DNA from: an uncultured Verrucomicrobiae bacterium
Lineage (GTDB): Bacteria; Verrucomicrobiota; Verrucomicrobiia; Chthoniobacterales; UBA10450
DNA: 64,000 bases
Assembly: GCA_963756875.1 (NCBI GenBank)
Contig: CAVWPA010000001.1
Span: 384,001-448,000, forward strand
Reading direction: 5' to 3'
Shown here piece by piece: positions 1 through 7,947 of this stretch; within the stretch, counting starts at the first letter, position 1, and every line of letters begins with the position of its first letter. Below the pieces are notes generated by a model. It had not been told where the DNA came from. It saw only the letters and a program-made list of their open reading frames with translations, and did no database searches. The position numbers and the translations under genes are program-made.

Positions 1-600
1 GTAGTGCACAATACTTCCTGGCTGCCGGCGCATTTTCACCAAACGATCGCCGGCCCGGTGTTTCTTGCCTACATCGGCATGAGTCTGTTTCTGGTCGCGA
101 AACTCACAGGCAAAGAAATCAGGTTTAAAAAGTTCAACGTTTGGGTGCCGTACATTTGGACGCTCGGGATCATGATCTTTTCCACCGGCCTGTTTATCGG
201 AGGAGCGAGCGGCGAACCGCGTCGCACGAACATGGGGCTGACCTACACGAATCCGCAATCGCATCTCTATCACGCCGACTGGGGCACCGCCAGGGTGCTT
301 GGTAGCCTTGGCGGAATCATTATGACCATCGCCGCGCTCGTTTATTTTGTCGTTTTCTTCGCGACACTTTTCCGTAAGCCGGCCAGGCGGGGCGCGCTGG
401 AGCTGATCGTGTCCGAGCCTTATCACGACGAACGAGTTCCAGCGGTGCAAAGTTTCACTCCGTGGCTGGTTGGCGCCTTTCTTTTGCTGGCGATTGCGTA
501 CGCGCCGCCGATCACACAAACAATTCGAAGTCATTTTCCCGGCGCACCCGCGTATTCGCCGGACAGTCCATTGCCGATCAAGATCTCGCCAGGCCCATGA
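1..600 (+). CDS. Heme-copper oxidase subunit I, B-family (ba3-like), C-terminal part (runs off window start)
   Basis: HNTxWxxAHFH heme-ligand motif, GxPRR loop, several TM helices; followed by an SCO gene. Confidence 0.85.
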   Translation, partial: VVHNTSWLPAHFHQTIAGPVFLAYIGMSLFLVAKLTGKEIRFKKFNVWVPYIWTLGIMIFSTGLFIGGASGEPRRTNMGLTYTNPQSHLYHADWGTARVLGSLGGIIMTIAALVYFVVFFATLFRKPARRGALELIVSEPYHDERVPAVQSFTPWLVGAFLLLAIAYAPPITQTIRSHFPGAPAYSPDSPLPIKISPGP

Positions 601-1331
601 CGCTGCGTGTGAGAGCACTATTCCTGGTTCTGACCCTGGCCATGGGGGTGCCGGCCGGTCTCTTCGGAGGCGTCGTCGAAACTGTTGCGCCGCAACGCGG
701 GCAACCGGTTGCGTCGATCAAGTGGACCGACGAAACCGGCCGCGTTCGCCCGTTGTCGGATTTTGCGGGTTATCCCGTGATCCTGCTGCCGATTTATACA
801 CGCTGCCGCAGCGCCTGTATCGCGAATGTAGATCAACTGAAAAAGGCGATGGCAGATTCTTCGGCGGATCCGAAGGAATTTCGCGTGCTGCTGTTTTCGT
901 TCGACGCAACGGACACTCCATCGATTCTGGCCGATTATCGCGTGCGCGAGAGCATTCCGCTTGGGTGGTCCGTGGGGACTGCTTCTCAGGCGGACATCGA
1001 CGCGCTTCTCGAATCGATCGGCTTTCAATACGGCAAGGCAGGAATGGAGTTCATGCACCCGAACGTTCTCGTCGTTCTCGATTCGAACCTGCGAATCGCG
1101 AAATGGATTTATGGGAGCAGTTATTCCACGCGCGATATCGATGCGGCGTTGAAGGTCGCCGCGGGCGAGAGCGACTGGATCGGCCGGCACTCGGATTTGC
1201 TATATGCGCTGTTGCTCTTTGCGGCGTCCATTCTTTGCGTCGCGCTTTGCTACCACGTGCTTCAACTCAATTTGATGCGGCGAGCAAGCCGTGCCGGCGC
1301 CGCAGATCAATCTGTCGCGGTTCGTCCGTAA
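597..1331 (+). CDS. SCO1/SenC family copper chaperone
   Basis: YTRCRSAC (CxxxC) plus conserved His (FMHPN); ATG at 597 overlaps the upstream stop. Confidence 0.85.
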   Translation: MTLRVRALFLVLTLAMGVPAGLFGGVVETVAPQRGQPVASIKWTDETGRVRPLSDFAGYPVILLPIYTRCRSACIANVDQLKKAMADSSADPKEFRVLLFSFDATDTPSILADYRVRESIPLGWSVGTASQADIDALLESIGFQYGKAGMEFMHPNVLVVLDSNLRIAKWIYGSSYSTRDIDAALKVAAGESDWIGRHSDLLYALLLFAASILCVALCYHVLQLNLMRRASRAGAADQSVAVRP

Positions 1332-1390
1332 GGAAACAACGTCTCCAGCTCGAATCGCTTTTCGGGCGCTTCCAATCTAGTTTCGTTTTC

Positions 1391-2353
1391 GTGTCATCCC
1401 ATCTTCCATCCGAGCAAACTGCGGGCGGCGAATTTCGACGACAGGAAGACGCGTTTCGCGAGTGGGTAACCAACGACGGATCGACGCGTTATCCGGCGGC
1501 TGCCAATCGTTATCACCTTTACGTCTCGCTTGCCTGCCCGTGGGCGAGCCGCACGGTTATTTTTCGAAAGTTAAAAGGGCTCGAAGACGCGATCGGCATG
1601 ACGATTGTCGATCCAATCCGTGACAACAAAGGATGGGCCTTTCGTGATCCCACCGGAAAGACGCCGCTCGACGCACCGTTTCAGTCAACCGATCCCATCA
1701 ATGGTTTCTATTTTTTGAGCGAAGCATATCGGGCAACTGATCCAGGGTACAAAGCGCGCGTGACCGTGCCTGTGCTTTGGGACAAGAAAACCCAAAAGAT
1801 TGTGAACAATTGTGAGGACGACATTTGCCGCATGTTCAACGATGCATTCGGCGGCCTCGCCAAAAACCAGGATGTTAATCTTTTCCCGAAAGCGATCGAA
1901 GCGGAGCACAACAAGCTGAACGCTTTCCTTCACGACAACATTAACAACGGCGTTTACGAGGCGGGCTTCGCAACGCGCCAGCGGGCCTACGAAATTTCCT
2001 GTCAAAGACTTTTCGATGCGCTCGATGAAATGGAAAAGCGACTGGTGAAAAGCCGTTATCTTTCTGGCAACCGTATCGTCGAGGCCGACTGGCGCCTTTT
2101 CTGCACGCTAATCCGGTTCGATGTCGTTTATTACATCCACTTTAAATGCAGCGTCCGGCGTGTCGTCGATTACCCGAACCTGCAGGGTTACCTGATGGAT
2201 CTATATCAGCAGCCCGGCATCGCCGAGACAGTCAACTTCGACCACATCAAACGTCATTACTACATGACGCACGAAGAAATTAATCCCACGCGCATCGTCC
2301 CGCTCGGACCGGTGCTCGATCTCATGCGGCCGCACGGGCGCGAAAAATTGTAA
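1391..2353 (+). CDS. Glutathionyl-hydroquinone reductase (YqjG/ECM4-like GST)
   Basis: RYHLYVSLACPWA, VTVPVLWD, INNGVY, HIKRHYY motifs; GTG start at 1391 inferred. Confidence 0.9.
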   Translation: MSSHLPSEQTAGGEFRRQEDAFREWVTNDGSTRYPAAANRYHLYVSLACPWASRTVIFRKLKGLEDAIGMTIVDPIRDNKGWAFRDPTGKTPLDAPFQSTDPINGFYFLSEAYRATDPGYKARVTVPVLWDKKTQKIVNNCEDDICRMFNDAFGGLAKNQDVNLFPKAIEAEHNKLNAFLHDNINNGVYEAGFATRQRAYEISCQRLFDALDEMEKRLVKSRYLSGNRIVEADWRLFCTLIRFDVVYYIHFKCSVRRVVDYPNLQGYLMDLYQQPGIAETVNFDHIKRHYYMTHEEINPTRIVPLGPVLDLMRPHGREKL

Positions 2354-2491
2354 GGCGTTTCTACCGAAGCCGGCGGAACACAAATAAGAACAACGACTGG
2401 CCCTCGTTATGCTGCAAAATCGACAGTAGACGGAAACCGGATTCGGGTAGAACTTCTCTCCGCGCACGCGGGGCGAATTCCGGATTTTCAA

Positions 2492-2887
2492 ATGAGTGAC
2501 GATCAAACAGAGGCTTTTCCGCGGCGTAGCAAGAGCTTGCGTATTCTGGTTGTCGAAGATCATGCCGATACATTGCGAGTATTGGCCAGGTTGCTCGATC
2601 ACTTCGGTCACAAGATTTCGACCGCCGATTCTAAGCAGAGCGCGTTTCAGTTTTTGGAATTAAAAGATTTCGACGTTGTCTTGAGCGATATCGGCTTGCC
2701 GGATGGCAGCGGCTACGACGTTGTTTCGCAGGCGAAACGAAAGCAAGCGGTCAAAGCTGTTGCTCTGAGCGGATTTGATCGCGAGGAAGACATTCAGCGT
2801 GGCAAAGAGGCCGGATTCGATTTCCATCTCTCCAAACCGATCGATTTCCAGGAACTGCGGACCGTTTTGGATCAAGTCGGCGCATAA
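2492..2887 (+). CDS. Single-domain response regulator (CheY-like)
   Basis: ILVVED, LSDIGLPDGSG and KP receiver motifs. Confidence 0.9.
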   Translation: MSDDQTEAFPRRSKSLRILVVEDHADTLRVLARLLDHFGHKISTADSKQSAFQFLELKDFDVVLSDIGLPDGSGYDVVSQAKRKQAVKAVALSGFDREEDIQRGKEAGFDFHLSKPIDFQELRTVLDQVGA

Positions 2888-2989
2888 TCCCCCCAGTTTT
2901 ACGAAGGCGGATCTGTCACGCCGTAGCCTTGGCGAAGGCGGATCGATTTCCAGGAACTGCGGACCGTTTTAGATCAAGTCGGCGCGTGA
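2839..2989 (+). repeat. 49-bp direct repeat of the response regulator 3' end (2839-2887 and 2941-2989)
   Basis: gatcgatttccaggaactgcggaccgtttt(g/a)gatcaagtcggcgc... occurs twice with 3 mismatches. Confidence 0.95.
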
Positions 2990-3018
2990 TGGATCGCGGG
3001 CGTCGCCCGTCTTTCTTT

Positions 3019-3081
3019 TGTGGAGGCACGCGTGTCGCGTGCGGACCCGGTAACGTCGCAGCCGACACGGCTGCCTCTACA
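3019..3081. repeat. GTAG-type REP/REPIN-like palindromic element
   Basis: tgtggaggca...tgcctctaca terminal inverted repeats with internal hairpins. Confidence 0.8.
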
Positions 3082-4162
3082 GGCGAGCTAATTCGTCGAG
3101 AGCCCGGCCTAGATTTTCGATTCCGATCGCAAACATCTTCGGCTCGCAACAGATGCCGATGCGAATGTGGCTTGGCGATTCAAAAAATCGCCCCGGCACA
3201 ACGGCTGTTTCATATTTCTCAAGCAGTAAGTCGCAAAGTTTCTCAGCTGTAGCAGTCTGCACACGCGGAAAGCACGTGGTGCCGGAATCGGTGCGCACCG
3301 CCTCAAGATCGTCGCGCGCGTCGAGAAACTGATCGAGAACCGAGCGATTGCTTTCCAAAATCTTTTTTGCGCGCGCTGCAATTTTCGGCAACTCTGCCAA
3401 AGCGACGACGCTGAGCCGTTCGATTGGATGCGGGCCGACTGCGCCGAAGATATCGTCGAGGCGACGCATTCGCTCAGCAAGATCGGGCTCGGCCAGGATC
3501 CAGCCGCAGCGCACTCCGCTTAGTCCGTAGCCTTTCGTAAGACTGCTGGTAGCGACAAACTCCGGTCCGAGAAGTGCCGATGAACGCAGCGCATTTTCGA
3601 ACATCGCTTCGAGATAAACTTCATCCACCATGACTCGCGCTCCCACGTCCCGCGCCAGATCGCCAATCTTTCGCAGCGTCCCCTCGTCGACCGGCACACT
3701 GCTTGGATTGTGCAGGTTTGTTAGCACAATCAGGCGCGTGCGGGGCGTGATCTGTTTCGCGAGGTCGTCGATTTCGATCTTGTAGCTATTCTCAAAGTTT
3801 CTCGGGTACCGTTTGATTTCTGTGCCGAGATATTCGGCAACGGCGAGAATTGGCTCATAGGTCGGCTGTTCGATTAGAACTTCGTCGCCGTGTTCCAACA
3901 GTGCCGCCATGGCGAGGTGGTTGGCCATTGAAGCGCCCCCCGAGATTGTTACCACGGATTGGGAAGAGATGTGGCAATGTTTGGCCAGTGCATCGACCAG
4001 CGGTCTGTAGCCATAGGCGTTGTCGCCATGCAGCTCCAAATCGGCCAGTTTTACGTCAAGCTCCGCGAACGGCAGATTGAGAATGCCGCTCAAGGCCAGA
4101 TCGTATTTCACCTTCGGGCGCGTCTTCGCCCAATGCATGAAGATCGATTCCTTATTCGACAT
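3077..4162 (-). CDS. PLP-dependent aminotransferase class I/II
   Basis: NLHNPS, VDEVY, SSLTKGYGLSGVRCGW PLP-lysine motif. Confidence 0.9.
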   Translation of the reverse strand: MSNKESIFMHWAKTRPKVKYDLALSGILNLPFAELDVKLADLELHGDNAYGYRPLVDALAKHCHISSQSVVTISGGASMANHLAMAALLEHGDEVLIEQPTYEPILAVAEYLGTEIKRYPRNFENSYKIEIDDLAKQITPRTRLIVLTNLHNPSSVPVDEGTLRKIGDLARDVGARVMVDEVYLEAMFENALRSSALLGPEFVATSSLTKGYGLSGVRCGWILAEPDLAERMRRLDDIFGAVGPHPIERLSVVALAELPKIAARAKKILESNRSVLDQFLDARDDLEAVRTDSGTTCFPRVQTATAEKLCDLLLEKYETAVVPGRFFESPSHIRIGICCEPKMFAIGIENLGRALDELARL

Positions 4163-4186
4163 CAGGTCTATTGAAGGATCACTGCC

Positions 4187-4280
4187 TGTCATGTCGAGCG
4201 AAGTCGAGACATCTCTTACTGCTCATCTGCGCTTGTAGAAGACAACAACGAGAGATTCCTCGACTTCGCTCGGAATGACA
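4187..4280. repeat. Palindromic interspersed repeat (tgtcat...atgaca type)
   Basis: tgtcatgtcgagcgaagtcgag ... ctcgacttcgctcggaatgaca inverted arms. Confidence 0.8.
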
Positions 4281-4378
4281 TAGCCGCCAACCGGCGCTTC
4301 GCCATTGAAAACTCATCAGCGGGAATTTTGATGCGACGATCTCACTGTCGGACAATTGGGTCAGAAGTGTTGACTGCT

Positions 4379-6196
4379 TCACCGTAACGGAAGCTGGATC
4401 ACGCTGGCGTGGGCTCTTTCGTGATAAATGTTCACATGAGCGGTGCGCGCGTTCTTCGCAGTTTCGTCGGCAACAACGCCGCCGGAGTTATAATTTTTTT
4501 CCCAGAAAATCGAGTTCGTGCATGAAATAACCAGGCGCAGACGGCTGCCTTTCATCAGGCGGCGCGCGATAAATAATCCCGGACCAAATTCGCAACGCAC
4601 GATTTCGCCGGGTTTGACCAGGCTGCTTTGCCGCAGCGACTCGCGATAACGCAGCCGACGTATGTCGCTCCATAACGCGATGCTCGTCCCGTCAGGCTGA
4701 ATTTCGTACAGATCGGCCTCGAGATCGGTATCGGGCGTGTCGATCGAAACCCAGAGCGTGAGTTTCGGGCAGCCGATCAACGGCGTTTCGCTCGGCAACG
4801 CAGCGGTGTGATAAACGAGCCCGTCCTTGCCAATGCTGAGCGCGTAGCTCTGGTCGACATTTGCCGTCTTCTCGTTCGATTCGACACCTTCGACGTTCTC
4901 GCCCCGGCTGATATCGAGCGGGTCGTAAACAAACTGGTCGGCGCCTTGCTCCGGCTGTTTTTCTGTCAGTGCACCGGAGCGGAACACGCCGTTCGCATCG
5001 CCATTCTTTGAATCAAGATAGAAGTTTGTGGTATTGGCCGTGAGATTTTCAAAACTGTTCGCGTATTTCCATTCGCCATTGGCTCCACTGTTTCCCGGTG
5101 CGAGCAAATAATAGGCAACCTGATTTTTCAGAAACGTCGGCTTGGGGCCGTTCTTCATCGTCCAGTCGTACCATTGCCGATGCAGATCGTTTAGATCGAC
5201 AATCGCAGCCGGCCCAAATTTCACGCCGGCGACGTCGTCCGTCGGCGTGCGGGTGCCGGCATGGTCCCACGGGCCGATGATGAGGAAATGTTTTGCGCGA
5301 GCCTCCGGCGAAGCGTTCCTCATGTGATCGCGATAGTAAGCCATAGCACCGATCTCATCGCCGTCGTACTGGCCGGTAATGGTGAGGATCGGCAGCGAAA
5401 TTTTGGCGAACTGCTCGCGCGTCGGCGCCATCGCGTCGTAATAAGCGTCAGCCGTTGGATGCTTCAGGATCCGTTGAAAATTCGGCGACGGATTTCCGAC
5501 GAACGAGTCGAGCGATTTAAACGGGACATGCTTTTTGTAAGCGTCCAGAAATTTCGTGCGCCAGAATTTTTGATCGCTGAAAAGATGTCCCTGGCCGGTA
5601 TGGCCGCTGGTGAAGGTGAACCATTGCACGTCGTACGTTTCGCCGACGTTATCGAGTGAAGGATAATCGAGCGGTGGATGCGCCGCCGCAGCCGGCACGA
5701 TGGTAGCGAGATGTGGCGGGAGCTCTTTCGCCGTCGCCCATTGATCGAATCCGGCGTAAGACCCGCCCCACATCGCGACCTTTCCGTTGCAAAACGGCTG
5801 TCGCGCGAGCCACTCCACCACATCGTGCCCGTCGCGCGGTTCCTGCGCGAACGGCTCGAACTCGCCGCTGGAATTTCCGCGGCCGCGAACGTCGACCAGC
5901 GCAAACACGTAGCCATGCGACGCGAAATAAGCCGCGCGATCGTGATATGAATCCGAAATATATGGCGTCAGCGTGAAGACCACCGGCGTCTTGGGCTGCG
6001 AGCCATCCGGCATCTTTGGCAAATAGAGTGTTGCATTGATTTCAACCTTGTCTCGCAAGGGAATCTTTACACCCCAGCGCAAATTGTAATTCGCGGAAGG
6101 TTTGGCCGGCGATGGGGAGGGGACCGGTGCAGGAGTTTGCGCAGAAAGAAAGCTGGCTGCGAATGGGAAAATGATGAGAAACGTGGCGCGATTCAT
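4379..6196 (-). CDS. CocE/NonD family hydrolase, secreted
   Basis: DVRGRGNS, WGGSYAG nucleophile elbow, GPWDH; signal peptide. Confidence 0.9.
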   Translation of the reverse strand: MNRATFLIIFPFAASFLSAQTPAPVPSPSPAKPSANYNLRWGVKIPLRDKVEINATLYLPKMPDGSQPKTPVVFTLTPYISDSYHDRAAYFASHGYVFALVDVRGRGNSSGEFEPFAQEPRDGHDVVEWLARQPFCNGKVAMWGGSYAGFDQWATAKELPPHLATIVPAAAAHPPLDYPSLDNVGETYDVQWFTFTSGHTGQGHLFSDQKFWRTKFLDAYKKHVPFKSLDSFVGNPSPNFQRILKHPTADAYYDAMAPTREQFAKISLPILTITGQYDGDEIGAMAYYRDHMRNASPEARAKHFLIIGPWDHAGTRTPTDDVAGVKFGPAAIVDLNDLHRQWYDWTMKNGPKPTFLKNQVAYYLLAPGNSGANGEWKYANSFENLTANTTNFYLDSKNGDANGVFRSGALTEKQPEQGADQFVYDPLDISRGENVEGVESNEKTANVDQSYALSIGKDGLVYHTAALPSETPLIGCPKLTLWVSIDTPDTDLEADLYEIQPDGTSIALWSDIRRLRYRESLRQSSLVKPGEIVRCEFGPGLFIARRLMKGSRLRLVISCTNSIFWEKNYNSGGVVADETAKNARTAHVNIYHERAHASVIQLPLR

Positions 6197-6252
6197 ATAT
6201 GGATTGAAGCGACGAACCGGCCTTGCCACAAGACATTGCGTCTGCCTGACTT

Positions 6253-6330
6253 TGTAGCGGCGGTCTATGACCGTCGGTCGAATTCGCTTTTATTGGAGAA
6301 TATTTGCGGCGGTCGTAGACCGCCGCTACA
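6253..6330. repeat. GTAG-type REP-like element
   Basis: tgtagcggcggtcta...tagaccgccgctaca inverted arms. Confidence 0.85.
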
Positions 6331-6512
6331 GAATGCAGGCGGGCTTTTCGGGTGTAGACAACGCGTTCCATCCAGGTAACACGATTCGCTCCCACTTGGT
6401 GCGTCGTTACAACTTGACTGCTTTAAGCAGTCAAGTTGTCGGGAGGAAATCCGCGATTTAAGAGGTTGGTTTCGGCCTTGCTTGAGACGCTTGGAATTTG
6501 CTATGGGCGGGC

Positions 6513-7889
6513 ATGAAATTCATTCGTTCGACCTGTATTTTGTTCATCGCGGTGTTTGGAATCGGATCCGCTGTTGCGGCCGATCAAACAATTGTCCTGA
6601 AAGCGGCTCATCTGTTCGATGGCAAGTCGAAATCTCTCACCAGCAACGGCGTTGTAGTGGTGCAGGGCGACAAGATTGTCGATGTCGGCAGTAATTTAAC
6701 GGTGCCGCAGGGCGCAAGGGTGATCGATCTCGGCGACGCCACGCTTTCGCCCGGGTTCATGGATGCGCATACCCATCTCACTCTCGATTTTTCGGGCGAC
6801 TACAATAAGCGACGTTTGCAGGAGCTCGACCTCAACGTCTCCGAGCAGGCGATCAAAGCGACCGACTATGCGCGGGCCACGGTTGAAGCCGGTTTCACGA
6901 CAGTGCGAGATCTCGGCAGCCGCTTCGTTGGCAGTCGCGAGTTCGTCGACGTGGCGCTGCGCAATTCAATCAACAAGGGTGTTATCGTCGGTCCACGCAT
7001 GCTGGTTGCCACCAAAGGAATCGGGGCGACCGGCGGCCATTTCGATCCTACCGGCGGCTTCCGCGATTTTCTTTTCGGTCGCGAGCCGGATTACACGGAC
7101 GGCATCGTGGACAGCCCGGACGAAATTCGCAAAGCCGTGCGTTTCGAGGTGAAAAACGGTGCCGACGTCATCAAGGCGGCCGTTTCCGGGGGTGTGCTTT
7201 CGTTGGCGGATGAAGTGGACACGCCGCAGTTTACTCCGGCCGAAATGGTGGCTTTGGTCGATGAATCGCATCGGCTGCGCAAAAAGGTTGCGGTCCATTG
7301 CCACGGAGACCAAGCCGCGCGAGAGGCGGTCCAGGCAGGCGTCGATTCCATTGAGCACGGATCATTTGTGAAACCGGACACGCTCCGGTTGATGAAAAGC
7401 AAGGGAACATATCTCACGCCGACGTTGATGGCGGCGGAATATATCATGCAAAAAATTGGCCAGTATCCGCCGGTACTTCAGGCGAAAGCGAAAGCAGCTT
7501 ACAACGCGCGCTCGGATATGTTTCGTAACGCGGTCAAGATGGGTGTGAAGATTTCTTTCGGGACGGACGCCGCGGTCTTTCCCCACGGCCAAAACGCAAA
7601 GGAATTCAAGTTAATGGTCGATCTCGGCATGTCGCCGATCGAGGCATTGAAATCGGCGACGGGGAATGACGCCGAACTTCTGGGCATCGCTCAGAAGACC
7701 GGTACGCTCGAGAAAGGAAAACTTGCCGACATCATCGCAATGCCTGGCGACCCGACTGCCGATATCACCGCGACCGAGCGGGTGTTATTCGTAATGAAGG
7801 AGGGCAAAATCATTCGGAACGGTCCGCAAATGCCGACCGCGGCCGCAGCTGCAACCGATCTTGCGGATGAAGAGATCCCTGCTGATTAA
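6513..7889 (+). CDS. Amidohydrolase family protein (Xaa-Pro dipeptidase-like), secreted
   Basis: PGFMDAHTH, GFTTVRD, SIEHG, FGTDA motifs; signal peptide. Confidence 0.9.
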   Translation: MKFIRSTCILFIAVFGIGSAVAADQTIVLKAAHLFDGKSKSLTSNGVVVVQGDKIVDVGSNLTVPQGARVIDLGDATLSPGFMDAHTHLTLDFSGDYNKRRLQELDLNVSEQAIKATDYARATVEAGFTTVRDLGSRFVGSREFVDVALRNSINKGVIVGPRMLVATKGIGATGGHFDPTGGFRDFLFGREPDYTDGIVDSPDEIRKAVRFEVKNGADVIKAAVSGGVLSLADEVDTPQFTPAEMVALVDESHRLRKKVAVHCHGDQAAREAVQAGVDSIEHGSFVKPDTLRLMKSKGTYLTPTLMAAEYIMQKIGQYPPVLQAKAKAAYNARSDMFRNAVKMGVKISFGTDAAVFPHGQNAKEFKLMVDLGMSPIEALKSATGNDAELLGIAQKTGTLEKGKLADIIAMPGDPTADITATERVLFVMKEGKIIRNGPQMPTAAAAATDLADEEIPAD

Positions 7890-7947
7890 AAGACCGCGCA
7901 ATTCTGCCCGACTGGCATTGGCTCTGTGAGCTTGAAGAGCAACGGCT

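Noticed and set aside
470..1390. 627-aa ORF as a fusion protein
   Set aside because: The N-terminal ~300 aa is an off-frame overlap with the oxidase and SCO genes; the GST starts near 1391
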